A stretch of 57,523 bases of DNA from the NCBI GenBank assembly GCA_023410975.1, contig JAEYPG010000150.1, positions 1 through 57,523 on the forward strand. Reading direction: 5' to 3'. Within the stretch, counting starts at the first letter, position 1; each line of letters opens with the position of its first letter. Source of the DNA: Pseudomonadota bacterium. GTDB lineage: Bacteria; Pseudomonadota; Gammaproteobacteria; Burkholderiales; Burkholderiaceae_C. Shown here one piece after another: positions 46,521-56,454 of the stretch. The notes beneath the pieces are model-generated. The model ran no database searches and was not told the origin of the DNA. It saw only the letters and a program-made list of their open reading frames with translations. Both the position numbers and the translations under genes were made by a program.

Positions 46521-47285
46521 TTATTGTTCAGTACTGCTCCACGGCATTTTTTTCCTTGCTGAAAATCTAACCTTTTCGCAACCTCTTTCAACTTGAAGCG
46601 TGCGCCGCAAAGTTTCTTCTACATCCCCGTTTAGCTTAAGTCTCCTTGGCGTGCTATCCCAATCCGCGTGAGGATCAAACAACTCATGGAATCGATTAGG
46701 CCTGCCTCCGGATGGGTGCGGCACACCAATGACCTTCCGCTCAGGAAAAAGAAAGGCTGCGGCCCTATAAGCTTCGTCGCCAGCAGCAATGATGGGCCAT
46801 GTAGGCGGCACCTCTTTCACCTCTCTAACAAGAAACTTCCACGCACATGCTCGCTGCATGCGAACTGGCACAGCTTTTTCTCCTCTTAAAATTTCACATT
46901 TGGCTATTTCCGTCCATAATACATGAAGAGGCTTGTCATCAAATGCAGACCTAATAAACTCTCTAAGGCGTGTGTAGAAATTTATATCTCTAGATGCGTT
47001 CATCAAATATTTAACTGTTGCCTCATACAACTCTCTACCCGCTTTACCCACATAATCGTTCAGTTCTTCAGCGCTTGCTCTGCCGGGGTTCAGCCCTAAA
47101 ACTATAACACCTGAATCAGCGTGATCTACTGCTTCAAACCATAAGCAGCGTGCTGGCGGGCCCTTATCAAGCATCGTTAGTCTATTTGCTGCCGGTTCGT
47201 TGCATGCTCTGCAATCAACCAATTCGGCGCCAATCTGCCAAATTTTTTCCTGAATATGCTCAACATCAATGATAAAGTCAGTCAC
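46521..47285 (-). CDS. Uracil-DNA glycosylase superfamily protein
   Basis: VIVLGLNPG (motif A), WTEIAKC, IIAAG, GVPHPSG (motif B). N-terminal CxxC. Confidence 0.7.
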   Translation of the reverse strand: MTDFIIDVEHIQEKIWQIGAELVDCRACNEPAANRLTMLDKGPPARCLWFEAVDHADSGVIVLGLNPGRASAEELNDYVGKAGRELYEATVKYLMNASRDINFYTRLREFIRSAFDDKPLHVLWTEIAKCEILRGEKAVPVRMQRACAWKFLVREVKEVPPTWPIIAAGDEAYRAAAFLFPERKVIGVPHPSGGRPNRFHELFDPHADWDSTPRRLKLNGDVEETLRRTLQVERGCEKVRFSARKKMPWSSTEQ

Positions 47286-47587
47286 GTGTGTCTCGTCTTT
47301 CCTGAATAGTCAAGTTCGCCTCATTGTGCACAAATTTTCGCCGGATTGAAAAAGAGGGGTAAAATGTCCGGCCGCATCTGCTAATAAATGGATTTGGCGG
47401 TTGATGGCCAACTTCCAAAGTAGTTTGCGGGACAGATCTGACGGCTGCTTTTGCTGTAAAGCAGTTACTTGGCGACCGCAACCAAGCGGGAAGCGATCAC
47501 CTTTCAATAGGCCATTAATCGCCTTTACCCTGCGATGCATCATTGCCACTTGCGCATGGCCCAGTGAGAGCAGAGGCGGCTATAGGC

Positions 47588-47917
47588 TTACTGGTTTCGA
47601 CGATCTTGCACCCAAGAGTAAAAACGCGTCGCCGCCGCGATAGCTCCAGCTGCAGTAGCTATTCCTGCAACGATCGGTGCCGCGGTCACAATCAGAGGAG
47701 CACTTGTCAGCCCAACAGTCACGGCCAAAGCCGAAAATCCAGTTGGAGCGACCACTCCAGCTACTGTCGTAACTGCTGTAGCAACAACTCCTGTAGCGCC
47801 CGCTATGGCAGTCGTGGATGCAGCCAAACGTTTGTGCTCCACTTCTCTTTTGATTGTTTCGTTCAATTTTCCCTCTGCTCCGCCCTCAACAATGGCGGTA
47901 AACAAGTGTAAGGCCAA
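47588..47917 (-). CDS. Small Ala/Thr/Val-rich putative membrane protein (start uncertain)
   Basis: Two long hydrophobic small-residue segments. Confidence 0.45.
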   Translation of the reverse strand: MALHLFTAIVEGGAEGKLNETIKREVEHKRLAASTTAIAGATGVVATAVTTVAGVVAPTGFSALAVTVGLTSAPLIVTAAPIVAGIATAAGAIAAATRFYSWVQDRRNQ

Positions 47918-48249
47918 AGCACTAGCTTGCTCAACTGGTTTTTATCAAACTAGAAGATCCGGTGGACGCGCAAGAAAGCTTGCGGATCAACGAAATACTA
48001 ATCAATCTGCCTCAATCTTTTGAGCGCGGACAATCATGAAGCAATGAGAGTGGTTTTTTCTTATGGCTTCAGACAGCGAAATTTTGCCATCACTAGCGCT
48101 TTGCCGAAGAAGACCGACGGACCGCTTAGGGCACGAATAGGCCGGATAGTGCTGAGGAGTGAAAGCCCGCAACCAGCCTGAAGGCGGCGCTCAACCCATA
48201 GAGTCGAAGTAACGCAACTGGCCGAAAGCGGTCACTGACGCAACCATTT

Positions 48250-49173
48250 TCATGCAGCGGCCTTGAATTCCTGGAATCGCATCGCCAGCCGGTCCTGATC
48301 CGGTTTGTCATGGCTGCGCTGCGGCAAGTGCAGCCGACTGCCATGCAGCCGCTTGAGCGCCTCCAGCATCGGGCCATCGTTCTGGACACGCAGCCGCTCA
48401 GCGACGTGCACGATGTAGTCCTGGTCGATTCCAATGAGATGGGCGCCGAACGCGGCGTGATGGATCTTGGACAGCGGAATGCCGTTGGGCACGACAGGCT
48501 GCCCCCAGTCCTCCTGACGGTCGGCAATGATGTGGGCCGCATCCAGCAGCATGGGCTCTAGCAGCCCGGAAAGCGCGCAGCGTCCCTGGTAGGCCGAGAT
48601 CACGGCGTCCCTGAACGAGGCCTGGTGCAGGCGCTGCTTGACCATGCGCAGTGCATAACGGCGCTCGACTGCCTCGCCACCAAGGCGCTGCTCGCCCGGC
48701 AGGCCGAAGGCCACGCGCGCCTTCAGGCCCTGCCGGTCCCAGCCCGCAATGAAGGCCGGCACGATGGCGTGGTAGCGGCCCGGCGAGATGCCCAGGAAGT
48801 ACAGCAGCGGGATCTGCTGCTCCCAGGCCTCGCGCAGCCAGCGGTTGTCCGCCGCATCGGCATTCGTGCCCATGAAGGCGTAGTCGATGCTCTCCTCGCC
48901 CTCGTAGAGCTGCCGGTGGACCTGACGCTGATCGTCGTACCAGATGCGGTTGCCGGCACGCGGGTAGACGGTGCGGATGGACAGCAGGTGGCGCATGCAG
49001 CGCGGCTTGAAGATGCCGCGCTGCGGGTTGACGAGCGGGACGCGCTGGCCCTGCCAGACAAATCCGGCCTTCAAGTGCTCCGAGGTCAAGGCATCGTGGC
49101 GCTCCTGCGGGGCGCGCACGTGGTCGAAGGCGGCCCGGCGCAGCACGGCGTCCTCGGTGTCCTCCAAGCTCAT
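48250..49173 (-). CDS. HNH endonuclease (putative restriction nuclease with N-terminal recognition domain)
   Basis: RLHQASFR..V..AY..RCALSG, LDAAHII, NGIPLSKIHHAAF. ATGA overlap with the upstream gene. Confidence 0.88.
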   Translation of the reverse strand: MSLEDTEDAVLRRAAFDHVRAPQERHDALTSEHLKAGFVWQGQRVPLVNPQRGIFKPRCMRHLLSIRTVYPRAGNRIWYDDQRQVHRQLYEGEESIDYAFMGTNADAADNRWLREAWEQQIPLLYFLGISPGRYHAIVPAFIAGWDRQGLKARVAFGLPGEQRLGGEAVERRYALRMVKQRLHQASFRDAVISAYQGRCALSGLLEPMLLDAAHIIADRQEDWGQPVVPNGIPLSKIHHAAFGAHLIGIDQDYIVHVAERLRVQNDGPMLEALKRLHGSRLHLPQRSHDKPDQDRLAMRFQEFKAAA

Positions 49174-50888
49174 GCTGCAGTTCCTTCCCTGGGGCCGCGT
49201 GCCGAGGGTACCCATCGCTCCACCCCGCGCTGCAGGGCGGTGATCTCCACGGCTTCGCGCAGTCGGATGAACAGGTCTTTTTCCCATGCGACCGGTCCGC
49301 CAATGCGGCGTCCGAGCAGGTGTGCCGCCTGGCGGTCGAAGGCCTGCGGCGCCTCGTCGCGCAGCAGCTGCCAGCCGTGGACGACACGCGAGCGGCAGTC
49401 CTGCATCAGTTGTGCCGCGGGCAGCCGATCGGACTTCTGGGTGTTGACGCGCGCGTCCACCGGCAGCAGGTTCCACAGGTCGTTGCTGCCCCAGAGCGAG
49501 AACGGGATGACATGGTCCACCGCGAAATCCGCGGTGAGCTTGCGGCCCGACCAGGTACAGCGCTCGACGCCATGACGCAGGAAGACCTGGCGAGCCAGGC
49601 CCGTGGCGCGCTGCGGCTCGGCGCGCGCCAGCAGCAGGGGCAGCACCTCGCCACTTCGAATGCCTTGCCGATGGCCAAAGCGCTCGGTGAGCTGCGCCCA
49701 GCGCAGCACCACGGCGTCGTTGATCCAGTGGCCCAGGAGGCTCAGCTCGCGCCAGAGCCCGGCATCCATCAGCACCTGATCCTGCGTCCGGTCGAACTCA
49801 AAGACGATCCCCGTCTCGAGCGCGCCGCCGGCGAACTGCACCGGACCGTCCCGGATGGTCTGCCCGATGACGCGCAGCGCGGCTTCCATGGCACGCTGGC
49901 GCTCAGGCGGCAGCCGGCCGCGGGCGAGGTCGAGTTGCCACGCGGCGAGCCCGCCATGCTCACCAGCCTGCGCGTACGGCGCCATGAGTGCGGTCAGGGC
50001 CTGGCGGAACTTGACCGGTTTGCCGCCCGCGCCCTCTGCCTGCGATTGCGGGATGGGGCGCTGCGACGCGAAGATGGGCCAGTAGTAGCCAAGCCACTTT
50101 TCGGCCAGGCGCCGCAGCGGCACCCCTGCCTGCCCATCAGCGTTCCAGGTTGCGCAGCGCGGCTCCTGAAGCGCCAGCTCCGCCAGGGCGCGGAAGAGTG
50201 CGAGCTTGTAGGTCGCGACCTTCTCGTCGCGGTTGAGGATGCCTTCGATCTGGTCCACCGCGCGCAAGGCGGTTCCCGAGCGTAGCTCCAGCAGCAGCGT
50301 CGCCCAGCGCGTGCCGGCCCGTCCCAGCGCATCCTCGCTGTCCCAGCGGCCGATCTGCTGGAAGCCCAGCCGCTCGAAGAGCAGCTGCACGTACGCGGGC
50401 GCATAGGCCTTGAAGAGCCGTCCCTGCGCGTCTCGTTCCCCTGCCCCGACGTCGGTACGCGACAGGGGCAGCGACAGCAGCAGCCGGCCGTGGGGCCGCA
50501 GCAGGCTCTTCAGCGCCCAGGCGGCATCAAAGAGTTCCGCCTCGCTCACGTGCATCAGCACCGCGCTGCACAGCAGGCCATCGAAGTTGCCGCCGAACGG
50601 CTCGCCCAGCGCCGGCAGCGCAGCGGCGTTCAGGCGGCCTTCCAGCTCCGGATGCCGCGCCAGCGCCTGCGCGCGCAGTTCCGTGCACGGCTCGACACCG
50701 AAGGCCTGGAATCCGTTCGCCAACAGGCCTGCCAGATCCCGGCCGCTGCCGGCGCCAACGTCCAACACCCGGCTGCCCGCGGGAAAGGCCAAGGCAAAGT
50801 AGCGGGCTACAGGGCTGGCCACCGCCTCGTAGCGTTCAGCGATCTCGCGCGCGCTGCTGGCGTAGACGTCAAGGGTGAGCTGGTCCAT
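49170..50888 (-). CDS. Class I SAM-dependent methyltransferase fused to an HNH nuclease
   Basis: VLDVGAGSGRD, GVEP, FDGLLCSAVLMH. TYKLALFRAL. C..SG...VDHVIPFSLWGSNDLWNLLP....N..KSD. Confidence 0.88.
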   Translation of the reverse strand: MDQLTLDVYASSAREIAERYEAVASPVARYFALAFPAGSRVLDVGAGSGRDLAGLLANGFQAFGVEPCTELRAQALARHPELEGRLNAAALPALGEPFGGNFDGLLCSAVLMHVSEAELFDAAWALKSLLRPHGRLLLSLPLSRTDVGAGERDAQGRLFKAYAPAYVQLLFERLGFQQIGRWDSEDALGRAGTRWATLLLELRSGTALRAVDQIEGILNRDEKVATYKLALFRALAELALQEPRCATWNADGQAGVPLRRLAEKWLGYYWPIFASQRPIPQSQAEGAGGKPVKFRQALTALMAPYAQAGEHGGLAAWQLDLARGRLPPERQRAMEAALRVIGQTIRDGPVQFAGGALETGIVFEFDRTQDQVLMDAGLWRELSLLGHWINDAVVLRWAQLTERFGHRQGIRSGEVLPLLLARAEPQRATGLARQVFLRHGVERCTWSGRKLTADFAVDHVIPFSLWGSNDLWNLLPVDARVNTQKSDRLPAAQLMQDCRSRVVHGWQLLRDEAPQAFDRQAAHLLGRRIGGPVAWEKDLFIRLREAVEITALQRGVERWVPSARGPREGTAA

Positions 50889-51285
50889 GCCGGGGAACAC
50901 CAGGCGTTCATCGTGGAAGTCAAAGCCTCGGCTGCACCAGGAGCGCGCATGCAGCACCGCGGGGAAGCTTCCCGGCCGGCCTGGTCAGTCGGGGCAGGCA
51001 TACCCCTGCCGCTTGCCATGATATTCGACGCCGCCCACGGGCCAGGATGAAGGCGCACCCGGCTGCGACAGCTACAGCGACCCGCCAGCGCGCGTGTTGC
51101 TTCCTCTACGACACCGCGCCGGACGCGAGCCATGCGGGGTCGTGTGGCAGCAGGGCATCACGGCTTTGGCCCGCCACCGTGCAGTCCCGTGGGCCGTTGC
51201 GCGGCCTGGGCCATCAAGGGCAGAGGGACAGACGGTGCAGCGGGCGGCGGCAGCGCCAGGACCAAGGCCGTGACAGCCACGACCG

Positions 51286-51549
51286 TCAGCCGCGCCAGGC
51301 TGACATCAGTGCAGCCAAGGCATCCCTGTAAAGCCGGACGCGCCAGTTCCGGCGCATGTAGCGCGGCGCCTTGCCGTGAAACGCAGGTACCTGCTGCACG
51401 CCCAGCAAGTAGCCGCGCACCTCTTCGTTGACGGTGACGGAGGCCAGGATGTGGCCGTGCTTGTCCGCGGCGTGCATGATGGTGCCGCGCCAGTCGCCTT
51501 CAGCAAACCAGTGCGGTGGCAGCTCAACCGGGAGCTTTGAAGTGGTCAT
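51286..51549 (-). CDS. Small hypothetical protein
   Basis: MTTSKLPVELPPHWF..., 87 aa downstream of 51582-52250. Confidence 0.5.
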   Translation of the reverse strand: MTTSKLPVELPPHWFAEGDWRGTIMHAADKHGHILASVTVNEEVRGYLLGVQQVPAFHGKAPRYMRRNWRVRLYRDALAALMSAWRG

Positions 51550-51581
51550 GCGAAGCCGCGGCTGGCGCGCACGCACAGGCC

Positions 51582-52250
51582 TCAGTGCACCGGCGCGCTG
51601 TCGATGATTTCGGCAAGGTCCCAGGCGTGGACGGCCTCGGGCGGTGGCTGGTTCGTCACCGCGACGCCCATGCTGGTCACGCGCGTTATCACGCGCAGCT
51701 CGCCGATGCCCATGCTCAGCAAGATGTCGGCGACCAGGGCACCGGGGAGATCTTTCGGGTCCATCGCGGTCACGGCCGACTCCGGCACGAAGCACGCCAC
51801 ATCGAACGTGCCGGGCACTGCGGCGCTGGGCTCGGCCATGAAGCGCACTTGCTGAACCGGGACCTCCTTGCCCAGGATTTCCAGCGAGTTCAGCTCGCGC
51901 GCCATCTCCTTGGGCGTTGGCGGCATGAACGCGCAGACCTCGATGCGCGGTGGCATCGCCGGTGCCGAGGCCACGAGTGCCTGCACTGCCTCGATGCCGT
52001 CGGGATCGTGGTTGCAGCTGATGGCAATGCGCAGCACGGCGCTGTCGTGGGCCGGCACCTGATCCACCTCGACGGTCAGCAGCGGATCGATGTCGGCAGC
52101 GGCGTCGCGCAGCCGCTGCACGGTCCGGCCGATGCGCTGCAGGCCCTCCTGGAATCCCTGGTCGGTGCGCGATGCATCCAGCAGCTCGCAAAGTTCGACC
52201 CCGTGATCCACCACCGTTTTCCAGAAATCGCGTGCCTTGCCCTGGTCCAT
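51582..52250 (-). CDS. Hypothetical protein
   Basis: MDQGKARDFWKTV...IDPLLTVEV...LVASAP. GC3-rich codon pattern. Confidence 0.7.
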   Translation of the reverse strand: MDQGKARDFWKTVVDHGVELCELLDASRTDQGFQEGLQRIGRTVQRLRDAAADIDPLLTVEVDQVPAHDSAVLRIAISCNHDPDGIEAVQALVASAPAMPPRIEVCAFMPPTPKEMARELNSLEILGKEVPVQQVRFMAEPSAAVPGTFDVACFVPESAVTAMDPKDLPGALVADILLSMGIGELRVITRVTSMGVAVTNQPPPEAVHAWDLAEIIDSAPVH

Positions 52251-52309
52251 GGCCTGTTGCCGTGATGAGGGGTTGAGTCCGAGCCACCGGTCGTTCGCCT
52301 GTGGGGGCG

Positions 52310-52789
52310 ATGATGCCTGCGGATGCATGGCACGCTTATGGCATGCCTGACGCCTTCGATTCCCAGCCACCGCAGCAGTTGCGTGCCTTCTATGACCGGT
52401 TCTCGGCGCGGTATCACGCGCCTGGCGTGTGCCTGTCCGGCTTCAGGTTGAGGTGGATCGCCTATCGCAGCGAGGAACTGGATAAGGGCATCGAGCGCGC
52501 GGTGCTGGACTTGGCCTGGGGCGAAGAAAACGTCACCCGGCAAGTCCAGTTCGTCGCGCGCGCCCTTGAGGAAGTCCAGGGAGCGTGCACCTTGACCTTC
52601 GTGGAGGTCGGGTGCAAAGGGATGCTGTGGGGCGAAGGTGAGGAGCTGCTGGCGCCGGCGGTGCTGCGGATTTCGATGTGGCGTACCGACCACCCATGCG
52701 GGCTGATCGGCCGCATCGAGCTGGATGCCGAGGGCCGGCCCGCGGGTTCGGCGCAGGCGCCGTTGCCGCTGGTGCGCATGGCTGGCTGA
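52310..52789 (+). CDS. Hypothetical protein
   Basis: Divergent ORF of about 160 aa after a GGGGG RBS-like run. Confidence 0.5.
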   Translation: MMPADAWHAYGMPDAFDSQPPQQLRAFYDRFSARYHAPGVCLSGFRLRWIAYRSEELDKGIERAVLDLAWGEENVTRQVQFVARALEEVQGACTLTFVEVGCKGMLWGEGEELLAPAVLRISMWRTDHPCGLIGRIELDAEGRPAGSAQAPLPLVRMAG

Positions 52790-52842
52790 GCCAGCGGTAC
52801 CAGGAAGCTTCGGGCAGATCGACGCTGGAGAGTCCAGCAGCG

Positions 52843-53049
52843 TCAGGGCTGGCGTCGCTCATCGTCGTCGGTGCCCGACGCGCGCTCCCAGAAGGCGCAG
52901 CCGTTCTCAGGCTGCCCCACCACCAACGACAGGCGCGGGTGCCGGCAGAAGCAGTTGATGTCGCTGTCTGGCAGCGGCCCGCCGTAGTGGTGGCACTGCC
53001 AGCACGCGTGCGGCTCGGCCTGGACGGCGAAGTAGTTGGAGGTGTGCAT
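52843..53049 (-). CDS. Small Cys-rich protein (CWQCHH...C...GCAFWER)
   Basis: 68-aa ORF with a metal-binding Cys pattern typical of mobile-element proteins. Confidence 0.6.
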   Translation of the reverse strand: MHTSNYFAVQAEPHACWQCHHYGGPLPDSDINCFCRHPRLSLVVGQPENGCAFWERASGTDDDERRQP

Positions 53050-53294
53050 GGGCAGAAGATTGCAGCAGCTCCAGCAACTCGCCAGGGGCGCTCGGTGTCG
53101 AAGGTAGTGCGAGACCACGGAATCAGCCGCGCGTTGGTCATCGCCATCACGGATGCAGTGCCGGCCTGACTACGCCCCAAGTCTCTCCTACATGGCATGG
53201 AAGTCCTTTACCTCTACGGCCGGGCAATGCGCCAGGTCGAACCGGATGCCGACCACAAATGCGCGGGCGCCCCCGGCGGCGTCGGACGACGGAC

Positions 53295-53741
53295 ATGGAC
53301 GCACTTGCCCGCGGCGATGACACAGCTCCCACCGCGACCGGGGGCGCTGCGATTGTCGCGATTACCAGGGCAGCCCGCGGCCACCAGCACAGCGCGCTTC
53401 TCGGGCAACATGGTGAAGTGCGATGGTTCCCGGAGATGCTGATGAACCAAGAGAAATACCTGAGCCACGTCCTTCCGCAAACCGTGCGCGACTGGATCGC
53501 CAGCGCCCAGGCCGCCGGCATGACCGGGGTGCGCATCGACTTCAACGGCAACCGCATCGTGCACGTGCGACCCGACCACGTGCAGCCCGGCGGCACGCTG
53601 GTATGGGACGAGGGCGGCATGGCTGTCTACCTGCCCATCGACGCGAGCCCGGCCGACGCATCGCGCGAGCTGCGGGCAGCCGGCAGGGACCAAAGCGAGA
53701 TGATCGAGCGCAGTAGCGCCGCTGACGATCTGCGCTCCTAG
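53295..53741 (+). CDS. Hypothetical protein (start uncertain)
   Basis: GC3-rich ORF with globular composition. Confidence 0.5.
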   Translation: MDALARGDDTAPTATGGAAIVAITRAARGHQHSALLGQHGEVRWFPEMLMNQEKYLSHVLPQTVRDWIASAQAAGMTGVRIDFNGNRIVHVRPDHVQPGGTLVWDEGGMAVYLPIDASPADASRELRAAGRDQSEMIERSSAADDLRS

Positions 53742-53894
53742 GCCCGTCTGGCAGGCCCTGTGACGTTCTATCGCGTCCCAGCGGCTTTCGGCGCGCCGGT
53801 CGTGCGCTCAATCACCTCGCGCCGATCCGGGAAGTGTGTGATGACATCCATTACTGGTGGACCAGCCACGCGGCCTGCGCCGCCGCGGTCACCG

Positions 53895-54284
53895 CTACCA
53901 ACGCCTCCAATTGAGCAGCGCCAGCATCTTGCGCAGGCGGAGCTCCACCGGCCCGTAGTTGATGGCCGTCAGCGAGTCGGTGGTGCCGCAGCGGCGGTCA
54001 GCAGCCCGCAGCATGCGTGCCCTCAGGGACCGGGGATGAATGGGGCCGCGACTGGGCTTGACGAAGACCCAGCGCGGGCCGGTGTCGATGAAGAAGTCGC
54101 CGGTAGATGGCAGTCGGGCTTCGCGCTCGCACCTGGCCCGGTACTCGTCCATGGTGGCCAACAGCGGCTCCGGCCTGCTGGAATCAGCAGCTTGCAGTTG
54201 CGAAGGCACCGGCGCATCTCGGGATGCCTGCTTTCGGAGGTAGGCCGGGATGAAAATTTCGTCGTCGAGCACGTCCATGTTCAT
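53895..54284 (-). CDS. Small protein with an N-terminal FtsZ C-terminal-peptide-like motif
   Basis: GAGGAAAA RBS before ATG 54284. MNMDVLDDEIFIPAYLRKQAS vs FtsZ DYLDIPAFLRKQAD. Confidence 0.6.
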   Translation of the reverse strand: MNMDVLDDEIFIPAYLRKQASRDAPVPSQLQAADSSRPEPLLATMDEYRARCEREARLPSTGDFFIDTGPRWVFVKPSRGPIHPRSLRARMLRAADRRCGTTDSLTAINYGPVELRLRKMLALLNWRRW

Positions 54285-55032
54285 TTTTCCTCGGCCGCCA
54301 TGGTGCGGACCGATGGTGCCGACGTTGGCGCCGATCATGCCGCCAGCAGTTTCTCAAAGTCGGCCTGCTGCTGCGCTTGGTCATCAAGGCCGTGCGCCTT
54401 GCGCTCCTGCTTTGTGAGCACCGTGGTGGCGTTGGCCACGCGTGCACGAATGCGGCAGTTTCATGCGCATCGACGATTATGAAGCCGTACCAGCACGCGC
54501 AACATACCCGAAACCAGCCTCACCCACCCCAACACCCCACCCCTCCTGCCCCGCCCTTTTCCCCTCTATCCCCTCCTCGAAGCCCAGGGCCGCGAAAAAG
54601 GTCCAGGCTCAACAGGCAGGCGGGCTTCCCCTGACGCCCCCTCAAAGCCATGGCGCGCGCAGGAGAGAGACGGCGGGGCCTCGGCCGGACTCAAAGGGTT
54701 CAGGGTCGCGGGGGAGGCTGGGGTTGGGTCGGATGTTGGATGCCGGTATGTTGTACGGGGCACGGTACGACGTCTGGGCCGACAATGGACGCAAGGTGAT
54801 GGTTTCTGTGCGAGAACCGGCTTCAAAGCTCTTTGCGGCGCCGTCGTCTGCACCCGTGCCGCGGAAGCCCAAGCAGCCGCAGCCGCGTTTCTGCACAGAA
54901 CCGGTCACGTTGCCTCGCATGCTTGCCTGTCGCCGAAGGAGCAGCGTGGCAGCCCCTCCGTTGGCTATGCCAGCTCCAGCGTTCAGCAACAACGCTGAGC
55001 TTCGTCCCCAGGTACTGCCTCAAAGCGCCAAA

Positions 55033-55281
55033 TGCATCTGTTTCTGCGTACGGGACACCAGCTTCGAAGTGGCAGCCACCGCGCCGCGCCGTGCATGCGA
55101 AGCCCTGTCAAATGCATCTGTTTCTGCGTACCGGACCCCGTCCAGCGTATGGCGAGCAGCGCGCGCGGGGCGCGTCGAAGGTGAAATGCATCCGTTTCTG
55201 CGTGCCCACCAGCACGCTGGCCGACAGAGCAAGCCTCGACCTGAACCCGGTCCAGGACCACGAATGCATCCGTTTCTGCGT
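55033..55281 (-). repeat. Four dispersed iterons downstream of repA (TGCATCYGTTTCTGCGT on +)
   Basis: Copies start at 55033, 55113, 55187 and 55265 (spacing 80/74/78). Confidence 0.92.
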
Positions 55282-55341
55282 CCGTGCAAAGTACCAAGCA
55301 AGATCGGGCCCGCAGGCTCCCGGGGCGAGCGTTCCTGCCCT

Positions 55342-56391
55342 TCAGCCCTTGCCCTTGAGCTTCGGGACGTCCGGAGCAGACGGCAGGATGACAAGCTTGG
55401 TGCGCTCGACCTGGACCTTGGGCTGGTAGAACACCTGCACCTTGGCCAAGGCCTCAAGCCACTTCTGCTTGAAGGAACGGGTGGCCTGCGCCGAGGTGCC
55501 GAACTGCGCCGCCATGCCTTCCCAGGAAAGCTCCATCGGCTTCTCGATGAACGCATTCACCCAGGTCAGGAACGAATAGATGTCCATGGCCATGGGCGAC
55601 TTGTGCAGCGCCTTGAGCACATGCAGATCCACGGGAACCGCGCTGCGCACGATGTCGCGATAGAACTTCTCGGACAGGTTGATCTGCGAGGACCAGGCCG
55701 GCGCGCGGTCGGTCGAGGCATCTTCAGCCCACCACGGAATGGCATCGTCGAGCTCGACGTCGTCGGCAATGGTGAACTGGCCATTGCGCCACTTCTGCGC
55801 GTCCCGGTCCGAGGTGGTGATGATGCGGGCCGTGAACAGGCGCTGCATCGCGTCCTTGAGCAGCGTGTTGGTGCCGCGCACGCCGCCGGTGCTGTTCTTC
55901 ATGCCGATGGCGCGCATGAAGCTCGCCTGGCTGTCGGTCAGCGTGATGATGCGGCTTTGCTGGCGCATGGCCTCGCTGCACAGCCAGGCGACGATGAGCC
56001 GCGGCGTGGAGCCGTAGGGAAAGCCGTAGGAGTGCGTCTCCGTTTCCCTCACAGTCCTGCCGCCTTTGACCTTCTCCACCGTCTTCGTGTACGAACCGGC
56101 CTGGATGATCAGCGAGAAGCTCTGGAAGCGCCGGGCAAAGCCATTGGGATGGTCCTCAACCTTCGGCTCGCGGTACGGCAGCGTCGTCTGGACCAGGGTG
56201 CGGGTGATGAAACCCCGGGTGTCCGTTCCGTTGCCCAACGCCTCGAGGCGGGCCTCGTTTTCCAAGTGCAGCCGCTCGAAGGTGCTCAGCCGTTGCTCCG
56301 CGACCTCTTCAGGTGCGCGGCGACCATTCTTGATGACGAGCGACAACTGCCGCTGCGAAGGAGCGCCGCGAGTTGCCTTCTCGTCCGCCAT
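55342..56391 (-). CDS. repA: Plasmid replication initiator RepA (RepA_C family)
   Basis: LVQTTLPYREP, GFPYGSTPRLIVAWLCSEA, AVPVDLHVLKAL.KSPMAMDIYSFL. Flanked by iterons. Confidence 0.9.
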   Translation of the reverse strand: MADEKATRGAPSQRQLSLVIKNGRRAPEEVAEQRLSTFERLHLENEARLEALGNGTDTRGFITRTLVQTTLPYREPKVEDHPNGFARRFQSFSLIIQAGSYTKTVEKVKGGRTVRETETHSYGFPYGSTPRLIVAWLCSEAMRQQSRIITLTDSQASFMRAIGMKNSTGGVRGTNTLLKDAMQRLFTARIITTSDRDAQKWRNGQFTIADDVELDDAIPWWAEDASTDRAPAWSSQINLSEKFYRDIVRSAVPVDLHVLKALHKSPMAMDIYSFLTWVNAFIEKPMELSWEGMAAQFGTSAQATRSFKQKWLEALAKVQVFYQPKVQVERTKLVILPSAPDVPKLKGKG

Positions 56392-56454
56392 ACAAAGCTT
56401 TCGTGTTCTTCCTCTCGAAGCCCGCTAGTTTCCCCGTGCCCTGAAAGCTTGTCC

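Noticed and set aside
55033..55281. Regularly spaced repeats resembling a CRISPR array
   Set aside because: The repeat is only 17 bp, spacers are about 60 bp, there are no cas genes, and it is identical to the tandem iterons beside repA.
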